Position numbers and translations under genes: made by a program
The notes under the pieces: model-generated
The model's input: only the letters and a program-made list of their open reading frames with translations
Database searches by the model: none
Told to the model about the DNA's origin: nothing
Shown: piece by piece, positions 50,303 through 62,567 of the stretch
Layout of the letters: the number at the start of each line of letters is the position of its first letter
Position numbering within the stretch: position 1 is the stretch's first letter
Origin: Takakia lepidozioides
Lineage: Eukaryota; Plantae; Bryophyta
Direction: 5' to 3'
NCBI GenBank assembly: GCA_030704615.1
Contig: CM060734.1
Location: 3,162,001-3,226,000, forward strand
DNA length: 64,000 nt

Positions 50303-53300
50303 ATGGGGTCGGGCAAGCCAAAGCGAAAGCGGAATGGCCCAAAAGATGATGATCCTGGTGAACCCGATGGGGGCGACGTGTCACCGAGGCTGCCGTTTGA
50401 GGAAGCGATGAATGTTTCCGAAAACGAGGCCGCTCAGGAGCGGGAGGAATCCGAGGAGTCGGAGCCCGAGGAATCCTTGAGAGCTCCGACAAACCAAGAG
50501 ATGCCTCCCATGCCGGCAGCCTTTTGGGAAGGGTTGTTGGCGCAGTTTGGCGGGACGTTGAAAGACGTGTTGAAGGCGGCTAATGCCACTTCCACTAAGG
50601 CAAAGTTTAAGGTGGGCCAAGTTGAGTGACGAGGATCGGGTGGAAGTGGCTCCCACCTATTTGAGGGGCTATGCTCAACAATGGTGGCAGAAATGCCTTC
50701 ACGACCGAGGCCCAAGCCCGGAAACCTTGAACTGGAGTGGGTTCAAGGAATTGATGAAGAGACAGTTTGTGCCCCTCAACGCATCCTGGCTTGCCCGGGA
50801 CAAGATGAGGAATTTGAAGCAAACAGATGACATTCGGGGGTATGTCCAGGCTTTCAATGTGCTGTTGCTCAAAGTCGCGGACATGGCAGAACCAGAAATG
50901 GTCTTCAACTTTGTGGCGGGACTGGCCCTATGGGCGAGGCGGAAGTTGGAGGAGAAGCCACCCAAGACTTTGAACGAGGCAATTGAGAGGGCTGAATGTT
51001 TCTCGGATGTCCCTAGGGGTGAGAGACAAGGCCGTACGGAGCTGAACCACAAAAAGACCCGGCGGGAAGGCGACTCCTTCCGACCGGAAAAGAAGTGGGA
51101 TAGGCCACGCGGCGACAATGGCACGTGGAAATCAAAGGGAGGGCCTTCACACGTCAAGGCGGCACCCGGTGCTTCGAAAGGAAAAGCGGGTGGAGCGGCT
51201 TATGGCGGACAGAAGGCAACCTTTGATGGAGTGTGTTTCAATTGCGGGGAGCCCGGGCACATGGCCAAGAAGTGCACAAAACCTCGACAATTGAACATGA
51301 CTCGGGCAACCACGGAGCTGTCGGAAGATACCATCAGTCGCTTGGTGGAAGCGGTGGTCGCCAGGACTTGCAAGGTAGGCAACTATTCTTGTGAGTTGTA
51401 TCAGGAAACTGGCGCCCTGCGTAAAGGGAGTCAGTTATTGTTCGTGGATGGGATAATATCCGGAACTAACGTGTCGTTGTTGGTGGACACAGGAGCGTCG
51501 CACTCCTTCATGACGCAGGCGGCGGCGCGAAAGTTGGGACTCCCGACAAGTGACGTGGGGGCCTCTATTGAGGTGCGCTCTGCCAAAGGAGAACCTTAGT
51601 TGGTGACAAGGTTGGCGTTTGATGTTCCTCTTCAACTGGGGAGTTGGGAGGGACGTGAGAACTTCACCATCTGCGAGATCGATGGAGTGGATCTCATTTT
51701 GGGGATGACCTTTTTGAGCAAATCCGGAGCGGTCATAGATGGCCGCAAAAGAGTAGTCACGCTGCCATGTGGGAATGGTGGCGAGGTTTTATGAGTGTCG
51801 GAAACGCCCAAATCCGTGGGAGGGCGAATAAACCTTCTGTCAGCAAAGGAGTGGGCCGTGGAGGAGGCACACGAGTCCCAGTTTTTGCTTTACATTAGAG
51901 AAGTGAAAGGAGAAGGCGATGGGGAGCCGAGCCCAGATTGGATCAAGGGGATTTTGGAGAAATACCAGGATGTGATGCCGGTGGATCTACCAAGCGGCTT
52001 GCCACCACGAAGAGGAGTTGACCACAAGATTGAGGTGATACCAGGATCGGAACCGCCTGCCAAGGCGCCCTACCGGTTGAGCCACAGAGAGTTGGTCGAG
52101 CTGAAGACTCAGCTCAAGGATCTAATGTCAAAGGGGTACATCCGGCCGAGTAAGTCACCTTACGGAGCCCCGGTGCTATTCGTAGACAAGAAGGATGGGA
52201 CGCTGCGGATGTGTGTCGATTACAGGGCTTTGAATAAGGTGACTATTGAAAACCGGAACTCTTTGCCAAGGATTGACGACCTTTTCGACCGGTTGGCAGG
52301 AGCGAAGTATTTCATCCGGATCGACTTGCGCTCCGGCTATCATCAAATTCGGGTGGCGGAAGGAGATGAGGAGAAGACCGCGTGCAGGACAAGGTATGGT
52401 TCATATGAGTTCTTGGTGATGCCTTTTGGGCTCACTAATGCACCGGCGACCTTTAGCACGCTGATGAACAACCTTTTTCAGGAGTGGTTGGATGACTTTG
52501 TGATCGTGTACATCGACGACATCTTGGTGTACACGAAAACAAAGGAGGAACACCTTGAGCACCTCAAAAGGGTGTTCCAAAAGTTGCGGGAAGGGAAGCT
52601 GTACGCCAAAGCTTCAAAATGCGAATTCGGGGTCACGAAAGTGGAGTTCTTGGGGCATGTGATTACACAGGATGGGATCAAAATGGATGACAGAAAGGTG
52701 AGGGCGATCTTGGACTGGGAGCCTCCGACTTCGGTCCCGGGAGTGCGATCCTTCCTAGGACTCGCCTCCTATTACCGGAAGTATGTGAGAAATTTCGCCA
52801 AGATCGCGGGGCCGCTGTCGGACCTTCTGTGTAAATCCAAAGTCTGGGTATGGAACACATTTTGTGGCCAAGCTTTTGCTGAATTGAAGCGCGGATGGCG
52901 GAAGCTCCAGTCTTGAAAATCCCGAAGTTCGATCGTCCATTTGAGATTCATACAGATGCGTCGGACTTCGCGATTGGGGGTGTACTTATGCAAGATGAAC
53001 GTCCAGTGGCTTACAAAAGTAAGAAACTGAATGAAGTGGAGCGACGGTGGCCGACGCACGAAAAAAAGATGAAGGCGGTGGTGCACTGTCTTGAGCTTTG
53101 GCGCCACTATGTTGGTTCCAACCCAGTGAAGGTGTTCACGGACAATGTCACGGTGAAGTATTTTGCCACGCAGCCCAAGTTGTCCCCAAAACAACTTAGG
53201 TGGCAAGATACTTTGGCGGTGTTCGACGTGGATATCCAGTACAAACCGGGACGAGACAACATGGTGGCCGATGCTTTAAGTAGAAAGCAGCAGCTCTTGA

Positions 53301-54775
53301 TGGTGTACAAGGGCGAGACGGCGCTCCAAAGGAAGATCCGGAAGGCTTACCGGAAGGATGAGCTGGCGAAGTCCGTGATGCAGGACTTGAGGATGGGGGT
53401 TAAATCGCAGTTCCACTTGCAAAATGGACTGCTCCGGTATAAGCAAAAACGTCTCTATGTGCCAAAGGGAGGGATCAGAGATAGCCTCTTGAGAGAATGC
53501 CATGATAGCCCGCTTGCGGGCCACGGCGGAGCCAAGCGCACTGCGGCACTCTTGAAGAAAGAGTATTTCTGGCCCAAACTGAGGGAGGAGGCAGAGGAGT
53601 ATGTCAAGACATGCACCACATGCCAACAAAACCGGAGCGAGTACAAAAAGCAAACGGGGCTGTTACAACCCTTGCCGATTCCAGAGGGGACTTGGGAAAG
53701 CGTCTCGATGGATTTCATGACTGTTATGCCGCTGTCAAAAGGATTCGATGCAATCATGGTGGTGGTGTATAGGTTCAGTAAAATGGGCCATTTCATCCCC
53801 ACCAAGGAGACGGCAACGGCGTAGGAGACAAGGCGACTTTACTTCGCCCACGTCTTAAAGCATCATGGAGTCCCGAAGGATATTGTCTCGGATCGCGATC
53901 CAAAGTTTACGAGTAAATTTTGGAGGACACTTTGGAAGAAGATGGGGACGAGGCTGAAGATGAGCACCGCCTTCCGACCTACAACGGACGGCCAAACGGA
54001 AAGAGTGAATTCCGTAGTGAAGCAATTCTTGTGGAATTACGTGTCGGCAGACCAATCAGACTAGATGGAACACTTAGACGCGGCAGAGTTCTGTTATAAT
54101 AACACAGAACACTCCGCAACGGGAGTTTCCCCTTTTGTATTGGTCTATGGAAAAGCACCTCTGGTGCCGACAAGTTGGGCCGCCCAGGACGTTGAGGAAC
54201 CGGCAGTAGCGGCGGTACTGGAAGAACGCGAGCGTTTGTTGAAGCTCGCAAAGTACAACATTGCCAAAGCTAGGAAACGGTATGAAAGGCAGGCGAATCG
54301 GAAGCGGAGGGAAGTGAAGTTTGAGGCAGGCACAGAGGTCTGGTTGAACATCAAGAATTTTCGACTACCTCCGGAAGTGAGTCCGAAGTTCGTACCTCCG
54401 TATGCGGGACCCTTTCGCATTCGGAAGGTTATGAATGAGGATGTGTATGAATTGGAGCTGCCGGCAAACAGCAAGGTGTACCCAGTATTCCATGTCTCTC
54501 TTTTGAAGCCTTACTTCAAAGATGAAGCGCGTCCGAATCGACATCAAGTGTTGCGTCCGCCACCTATGCTATTGGATCATGAAAATGAACCTGAGTACGA
54601 GGTGGAGGCAATACTTAAGTCGAGGAGGTTCAAGAACCGAGAAACGGAGTATCTCGTCAAATGGAAGGGCTATCATCATGTGGAGGCATCTTGGGTGCGT
54701 GCCTCTGAAATGGGAAACGCATCCGAGGCGGTTGCAGCTTTCGAAGGGCGACCTCAAAAGCGGAAGAAACGTTGA
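50303..54775 (+). pseudogene. gag-pol with chromodomain
   Basis: CFNCGEPGHMAKKC, LVDTGASH, YIDDIL, HTDASD, ECHDSPLAGH, SMDF, GPF, YEVEAIL...YLVKWKGY...SW. A few stops and frameshifts. Confidence 0.95.
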
Positions 54776-56911
54776 TGGGGACATCAACCTTGGAGTGTGG
54801 GGGAGGAAATGCATGCTTAGCCCGGCTTAGCTAGCTTAGGAATCCGATTACAAAAACTTGTATTGTACAAAAATTTGTTATAAAGGAAATGGGTTCCAAA
54901 TGTTGTGCGTCCTATTTTGATTGGAATGGTGATGCATGGTATGGTTGGCTAGTGTGTAGAATGCATGCTAGCTTATAAAAGTGGGAGAGGTAAATTGGGT
55001 TAATCGTGTGTTTGCGTAGTGCCGAAATCGGGTGACCCCCATCCAAGGGGCAAGGAAACTTGCGACTTCTTTGGGAGTTCACGTGCTAGTGCGCACCTGG
55101 CGCATGCGCGTACTATAACTGTGCTACCGAGGGGGTTGCCTTGTAGTGCGGGCTAACACGGAAGCTACGTGCTTCCGTTCACGTACTATAATCGTGTAGC
55201 CTCGGGACGAAGTCGTAGTGCGGCTTCGGCGTGTTCCCGTACCTCAGGCCAGCATTCCAAGGCGGACCCAATTGTAGTGATTGGGGCGCACGGTTGGTTC
55301 AAGGTTATCTTCCTAGTCAAAGAGGGTTCCAGGTGAACCCTTGCTTAAGGTGATGCCAAAAGCGGCATCATGAGTGGTCGCAAGCAATGTTGTTGCAGTA
55401 AGGCGATTCGATCCTCAAGGAGGATCGTTCCTTGGCCTTGAAGTAGGCCAAGAAGAGTGCACTGGGAGGAGCTTGAGAGGCTCCACCCTTGGCCGAGACT
55501 TGGAGGAAGTTGGCCGAACTAGCTAGTGGAGAGTAGAGTCAAGTGTGGGGTTTGGTTCTTTGCCATGGGACGCCATGGTACGGAAACAAACTCCTTGATG
55601 TGGGACGCCACAACTTGGATGTTCGTTTCTACAAAACGACAAGTCGATGAGGACATCGACTCCCTGTTGGTAGGGGTGTGTGTCGCGGCCCTTTGCCTTG
55701 AGGGCAGGGGGTCGGGACACATGAGGGGCTGCCCCTGTGGTGGGGGCAGTGGCAGCGATAGGTATGGGGGGCTGAAGCACCCTTGAGTGCCCAAGGCACT
55801 CAAGGAGGCGGAGGCACTCACTAGGTGGAGCCCCGCACACCGGGTTGCGGTGGGGGTGGCTCCACAAGGGGTGGTGGTAGCTTAGCGGGACTTAGTGGGG
55901 GTGGCATAGGACTCACCATGGGGTGGAGACCTCGAGGTGGGAGTCGTGGGGAGTCTTGGGACTCATCACGGTCCATTGGGGCCGCGGTGAGTGGGCCAAG
56001 ACTCACCGCGACTCACCACCAGGAATCGAGGGTCTTCGTGGTGGTTCGCCATAAAATGGCATGGCTCGTTGTGAAACCCCCGCGGACAGCTACAGAAGTA
56101 TATATAGGGAGTAGTAACCCCGAGAACGGTGCAAGCCCGTTGGTGACCAAAAACTAGTGAGTAAGCGAGCGAGCCGGAAAGCGACCAAAGAGTGGGGAGC
56201 TGTTCCGGACTGCCAACTACCAAAGGGAATTCCCGCTGGTTCCAAATCGGTGGAGGGTTCATCGTGGGAGAACAAAGGGGGACCGTTATGCCCCGGTGAG
56301 CAGCCGAAGCTCCAAGTTGGCCCGGCGGCCAAGTTGGGAGTCAGGAGGTCACTCGAGGAGCAGCACGAGTTCCTGAGCCACGAGGTGCAGAGATGGAGTT
56401 AGATCCACAGCGTGGGAAGGCAAGCCGTTGGGCTAGGTTGCCTCAATCATTCATCTTGGGGGAGACAGTGTCGACGACATCCATGGCACCTAGTTCTCGC
56501 CCGACAAATATAGAGGCCGTTATTGTGCCATTGGGGAGAGCTACACGTGCAGCATTGACACCTGCTGCCAAGGCTAGTGCATCCTGTGTGTTGTTGGGGG
56601 CAGCCACCTCTGTGTGTCAAGCCCCACTATTCTCGGCAACCATGATTGCGACGCCGGGGGTAAGACTAGCTGCAGTGTTCAGACTAGCAGCAACACTCTG
56701 CGAGAATGGGGAGGTCACTTCATCTTCTGCGGAGTTAGTGGAAGGTGTAGTGGTAGAGGGATCCTTGGATTTGAGGGTCAAGACTGCCACGGCTGCGCCA
56801 TGGCAAGCTGTAGCTGCCAGGTTGACGGAGCTGCCAGCTAGGCCAGCCTTTGAGCGCGCCATGGTGACACCTGGAGTTGTCTTGTTAGACAACTAGGATG
56901 ACATTTTCTCT

Positions 56912-57340
56912 TTGAGTGGACCGGCAGGCAAAAGGTACCGGCCACTGCGGGTCTTGTTGGACTCGGGAGCTCAGCCACTGATGTTGGGCAGAGCTGCTAT
57001 TGCAGGTTTGGGCCTCATGGAGGCGGATATGGAGCCTTGTCCTTTCCAGATACAGACATCTCTGGGAGGATCAGAGCAGGCTCGAGGCATGACACGGCGT
57101 GAGATGGCCATTAGACTACAGCCGGATCATCCTATAGATGGCTCAGTGATGCGAGCCAAGGCCATCGTGACAGATGCGGTCTCTTACGATGTCCTCGTTG
57201 GTGGGGCAGTGTTATATCCCATGGGCTTCACCCTGGATTTTTGGGAGGAATCAGCATCCTACAGGCCTGGCTGGCAGTCAGGGGATGGTCGTCACGTACA
57301 ACTCCCTGTGACATTCATTGGGGGTGTTGCGGCTGCCCAG
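56912..57340 (+). pseudogene. Aspartic protease of the second DNMT-Gypsy
   Basis: RVLLDSGAQPLMLG...YDVLVGG. Confidence 0.85.
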
Positions 57341-57689
57341 CGGGGCAAGATGCCAACACTAGCAGCCTTCACAGCTGCAGTTAGTTGGCTTGGAGGGTTG
57401 CTGGAGCGCAATGCCCATGCAGAGGATGTGCCACCTCCAGCAGAGCAGGATGACATGTATGGTATGGCGGAGTTGCCTGCCATGGTTGCTCACACTCCAT
57501 TGTGGGGTATGAGCAAGGATTTGCAGCAGGTTGCTGATAGACGGGTGCAACAAGCCTGGGTAGAGGCCTTCGTACCGTCAGGAGAGGAGGAGAATGCGGT
57601 GATTGCACCAGGACCACCTCAGTTGTCGCACCACACCACACCTCACCACACCACACCACACCACACCTCTTGTGTGGTAGTGCCCACAT

Positions 57690-58736
57690 GAAGGCATATG
57701 CCTTCTGGACTTGTTTGGCGAGATCCGCACTGGATTGGCTGCAGTGCTGCAGGCAGGTGTACGAGTTTGACGTTACTTATATGTGGAGAGGGATGAGACT
57801 GCACGATGCGTCTCACTGCGCCATGTTGCTCAGTTGGTACAGCAGTATCCTGATTTGTTGCCAGTGTCTGCAGTTTGTGGATACCAACAAGCATTGCCAG
57901 CAGACATCTCTTTGCAGGGGGCGCATGATTTGGAGCAGGTTGACCCTATTCACTTAGTAGTGGCAGGTTGGCCCTGCCAAGGGCATTCATCAGCTGGGTA
58001 TGGCAATGGGTTACAAGACTCAAGGTCACGCCTGTTTTGGGAGATGTTGAGGGTCCTTCGTTATTTACAGCTTCAGCAGACAGACTCTCCGGCATATATC
58101 TTGGAGAATGTGCCATTGATGGGTGATTCTCGGGCCAAGGTGATGGCCAGTGTACATCAAGTGCGGTCTTGGCTTGGGTCAGCAGTGTTGCTGGATGCAG
58201 CTGCAGTGGGGTCACGGGCTCATCGCCCACAACTATGGTGGACCAACTTGATGCCACCTGCATTGCTCAAGTGTGCATTTGATGGGGTGCAACGGCCACC
58301 AAACCTGATGGTGGATAGCATTTTGGACATAGGGAGGCAGTCTCAGCGTGTGAGACACGATGACCGATCACCTTTGGCAGTGGTCAATAAGATGGGTCAC
58401 CCACGAGCAGCATTGCCTACACTGCTCAGCTTTCTAGGATCTCATGCTTTCCGGGATGGTGGACCTGGCCTCTTGTGGGATAGCCAGTTGCACCAATTAG
58501 TGGAGCCCAATGCTGACGAGTGCGAGCGGGCGATGGGTTTTACCACTGGTACCACGGCGGTGCCATCTCTTTCTGAGGCATCACGTCGTCAGGTGTTGGG
58601 GCAAGCAATGGATCTCAATTGTTTGACCTGGATTATCAGCTTGGCTATGGCTGAGCAGCGCCGAGTACGGAGTACACTTCCCTTGATGGTCTCCCTGCCT
58701 ACCGAGACGGTAGAGGCAGCGAGTGGGGGCGAATAG
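57690..58736 (+). pseudogene. C5-cytosine DNA methyltransferase domain (motifs IV-X open, motif I region frameshifted)
   Basis: ORF 57783-58736: VVAGWPCQGHS, YILENV, RAHRPQLWWTN, ECERAMGF...T, RRQVLGQAM. The LLDLFG codons lie at about 57702, out of frame. Confidence 0.92.
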
Positions 58737-58835
58737 GTGAGGACCACGAGGTGCAGGCCGCATCCATGGCACATGTGGGAGGTGCTCGAGGTTCAAAAGG
58801 AGTTGGCAGCCAAGGCGGCCGTGATGGATGAGGTT

Positions 58836-59390
58836 CACTGTGTGCCACGCAGGATTCCCGAGAAGGTCAGAGCACCAAAAGTCCACAAGGGGGAAGATGA
58901 TTCGGATACAACTGGTTCTATGGCGCTGGAGAGGTAGCATTTCTCATTGTTGATGTGTGCAGATGGGGCTGTGATATTGCCACCACTGACCCTCCTATTG
59001 CTGGCAACTCCTGCACCTCCTGTGATGACATGGCGGAGGACTATGCACTACAGATGGCAGAGAAGAAATGACAGGGATCTCCTATGCCTGAGAAGTTACC
59101 GCCATATCAACATTGGTCCATTTGGTGACCAGTCACCTCCACCAGCCAGTGACAGGGCTCGGGCTTGCACACAGAGCCCTCCACGGGACTCTCACCGACA
59201 AAAGGGTGCTCGTTCACAAAGGTTTGCTGATCCTAAACAGTAAACCGTGAAGACACGACTTTTTGAGAGGGGGAGGGATAATGTTAGAGGGCTGTCTGGG
59301 ACTTAGACAGTTTTACGTGTTTTGTGGGGTACCCTTAATTTTTGCACAGACTTACGGATGGTAGACTTAGACCAACACAGGCCTTAGGGG
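58836..59390 (+). mobile_element. 3' end of an Ogre/Tat-like element: accessory ORF tail, PPT and start of LTR (59282)
   Basis: HCVPRRIPEK...EDDSDTTGS matches 21270-21460; GAGAGGGGGAGGGA then TGTTAGAGGGCTGTCTGGG. Confidence 0.8.
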
Positions 59391-59400
59391 AGGATCGCGA

Positions 59401-59970
59401 TTGCGTGAGCCGGTGATGGGAGACATTATGGTGGAGTTGGACTTCAGTGAAGGTACACGCAGGGTGACGAGTTTCCGAGCACTTCTGTGGGATTCTCTTT
59501 GGGTGAGGCCTGCCAGTGGACAACAGTGGATACTTGTTGTGCGAGATAGACCTGGAAGACGGAGTGTTCGTCTCTTCATCATGAGATGTTGTTGCGGCGA
59601 GTTCTAGAGGTCTTACTACCATAACTATACTGCACCTCCACAGTATTTGCTCCCGGATAGGGCTCTTGAGTTGTTCACTCACTCTTCTGGGCCAGGGAAT
59701 ATATTGTTGACACTAAGGGAGAATCGGAACAGGTTTGTCCTAGATGTTTGCGAATTTCACGACGATGTGGAGGAGGTCCCAATAGGAGGCCTCCAATATC
59801 TGCATGTTTTCACGAACGTGACCTCTATAGATATCTTGTATCTTTATGTTCGCCATCTTAATCCAGAAAACGGCAATGCGAAGTGGACGAGTACCGCACT
59901 ACTCCTAATTCTGGACCTGTGGTTCGACGACTCGGAGGTTCGTGTTGTGAATGTCAACGCAGTAGCATAG
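59401..59970 (+). pseudogene. Distant third paralog of the orphan ~190-aa family
   Basis: GDIMVELDFSEGTRRVTSFRAL...QWILVVRD versus GDIIVWLSVFTYADGIKQESLRAM...PWVLKIVD. One in-frame stop; same position upstream of the terminus. Confidence 0.45.
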
Positions 59971-60411
59971 CGCGGTAAGGATCATTGTGGAGGGTGATTG
60001 GAGGGCACAGGCTCCGGGATATGGTAGTTCCACAGGTTTCTTATGCCGCAATGGTATTTTTGATGATGGAAGCTCGGAGTAGTCGCTGTACAAAATAAAA
60101 ACTTGTGGTTGCCTGATGTTTTTATTTCAAGCGTCATATCAATGTGGGCTTGATGTTGAGTTGAATGGGGTTTGCAAATTCAATTGTCGTCTGACCCTGA
60201 ATGTATTACCTTGTCAGCACAATGGCTTGTGAGGGCTACAATTTTGTGTCTCTTTCCTATCCTGCACAATGTTTTACAGTGGTGACGTGGGATAACGGCG
60301 TCGAAATACCTCATTCCGCATCCTGGACCAGGAGAAACAGACCCTATTACCAAGGTAAGAGGACATAACACCGTCAATAAAGACACAAAAATTCCAATTC
60401 CGCAGATGCCC

Positions 60412-60448
60412 GCTCATGAGCTCATGGGCTCATGAAATAGTAAACCTC
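60412..60448 (+). repeat. Variant terminus of the ParB/MTase unit
   Basis: (GCTCATG)x3-AAATAGTAAACCTC abutting Gypsy pol. Confidence 0.65.
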
Positions 60449-61726
60449 AGCCCCATCATGCTCCAATCTGTATGCAGCTGAAAAGGACGCCCCCTGATAG
60501 GTCGTCTCAAGATGGGCGCCGAGGTCAACCTCGCCTTGAGCTCTTGGAAAGCTCATTCTTGCTTATCTTCCCACTGCCACTCCTGGTCCACCTTGGTCGG
60601 CTTGGTTACAGCCTTTGCAATGGCACTAAATCCCTTGACAAACCGTCTATAATAGTTTGCCAACCCCATGAAAGCTCGAACTCGGCTCACATCCGTGGGG
60701 CGTGGAATCTGTGCAATGACCTCTACCTTAGTCTGCTGTACCCCCAATCCTCCAGGATATATCATGTGACCCAGATACTCAATCTGGTTGTGGAAAAACT
60801 TGCACTTCCCCGGATGTAACTTCAATCCGTGCGCCCTCAAGCGCTCAAATACCACCTGAAGGTGTCTCTCATCTCATCCACCGTAGCACTAAAGATGATG
60901 ATGTCATCTATGTAGCACCGAGCAAACTCCACCCCTGCTAGAATCCTGTCCATGACTCTCTGAAACTCTGCAGGAGCGTTCTTAAGCCCAAATGGTAAGA
61001 ACCGCCACTAGTATAGGCAATCCTTCCTGTGCTCATTGATCCCCTAGAATGTCGTCTTCTGCTTATCCGCTCCTTGATCGGCAACTGGTGATATCCGGAT
61101 CGTAAATCCAAAGTGCTAAAGACCTTGGCATGCCCAATGGCATCGAAGATCTCCTCTGATGTTGGCATGGCATACCTATCGGACTTGGTCTGACGATTTA
61201 CAGGCCGGTAATCACCGCACATACGTCTCTCCGTCCAATTGCCATAGACATCCTTCTTGGCTGGCATCACTGTGGCTGAAGCATACTCTCCACCAGATAG
61301 CTCCACCAAACCAGCCTCCCAGAGGTCCTGAGTCCTCATCTGAATCAAGGACCTCTCCATGTCACTGTATCTATAGGGTCTCCAAAAGATTGGCGTATCA
61401 GTGGCCAATTCAATGCAAATCTCTTGACCCTTCAGTGCTCCCAAGTCCTTCAAACTGAAGGCAAAGCAGTTCATGTAAGCCCTCAAGAACCGCCGTATAC
61501 GTCGTCTTTCTCCTCTGGTGACTATAGGTCCAACATCAGGCTCCCAGTTGTCCTCCGTGACTGCAACCTTGAGTCTAGCAGGCTTAGAGGTAGAAGACGC
61601 GTCCTGTGGTTGCTATGTTGCAACCTCTTGAGCAGTGACCACTGCCTCCTCTGTCAGTGACAATGTCTCATCCTGCACCATCATCCCATCCTTGAGGACC
61701 TCCTCAACCTGAGAAAAATCCCGCTC
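60449..61726 (-). pseudogene. RT/RNase H of the second DNMT-Gypsy (inverted continuation)
   Basis: [36 protein letters not shown]. Starts where homology stops at 58835. Confidence 0.9.
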
Positions 61727-62035
61727 CGTCGAATGCAAAAGGCACTTACACAGGGCGGCATTGAGGAAGTGTGCGCCCACAGGGAATGGAGAGGGACAAG
61801 TAATCACTGTTGTTTTTAAACACGGAGATGCAAACATTGAAAACCCAATGCGGAAAACCTTCTCAGGTGATCTTCTCTGGGGCAACGGCAATACGTGCCC
61901 CTATTGGCTAGCAACGGCTACCCACACAGGTGATCAAAAATGGGTGGGGCTAGAAGGGGCTCGACAGAGAAGGTGCCACGACATTACGGGAAGAAATTGT
62001 GCTAAAACCACCGCCGTCCTAAAACCACCGACCTT

Positions 62036-62323
62036 GGTATTTTGGCGCCGAAATTCCCAAGAGCAGTGTGCTAAAGTGGTGTTTTGAAGACATCCACCGG
62101 GGTATTTCGGCGCCAAAATCTCCTCTTAAAATGTGATATACTGCGGTATTTTATGGCGCAGAGCGGGCTATTTTGGCGCCAAAATACCCTGGTGGAATGT
62201 GCTGAAGTGCCTTGTGCTGAAGGCTTCCATCGTGATATTTTGGTGCAGTAATTCCTTCGTGGAATTTTATAAGGCCCATATTATGAAGGCGCACACTGGG
62301 CTATTTCGGCGGCAGAAATTTCC
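62036..62323. repeat. Palindrome array variant GGTATTTTGGCGCCAAAATACC
   Basis: Copies at about 62036, 62101 and 62167; degenerate copies at about 62145, 62234 and 62300. Downstream of the MTase gene copy. Confidence 0.75.
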
Positions 62324-62567
62324 AATAGGAATGTTAGAAACGGCAGGGTTTTCATGGCTTCAAGTTCCCGGCTCGCTGGTGTGCATAATTTACTTGTAGG
62401 GTTCTTTACTTAAGTTTGCGTCTCTTCTGCTTTTATTATACATTTAGATTGCCGGAAGAAATGTAGGGAATCGGACATGCAGTCTGAACACAATGATTTT
62501 TGAAATCGTCAATATTTTCATTAAGTGTTTCAGAACTATACAACAAAAGGATCCAAATGAGACTTTG

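Larger units (their letters stand above)
49539..56345 (+). mobile_element. Chromovirus-type Ty3/Gypsy LTR retrotransposon (Galadriel-like), nested
   Basis: LTRs 49539-50247 (TGTCGCG...CGCGACA) and 55681-56345 (last ~60 bp missing); iMet PBS; gag-PR-RT-RH-INT-chromodomain. Confidence 0.93.
44902..58835 (+). mobile_element. Second DNMT-carrying Gypsy element (diverged; interrupted by a chromovirus; 3' part inverted)
   Basis: Begins TGTCAAGTT with A-like sequence (GGCTCATCT.TCTCGAGTTGAGCCT; CCCCAT.GC.TGGGGTGC). gag, PR and DNMT are collinear with 32835-36990. Confidence 0.85.

Noticed and set aside
57629-57667. HHTTP peptide repeat
   Set aside because: CACCA microsatellite expansion absent from copy 1; it disrupts the frame.
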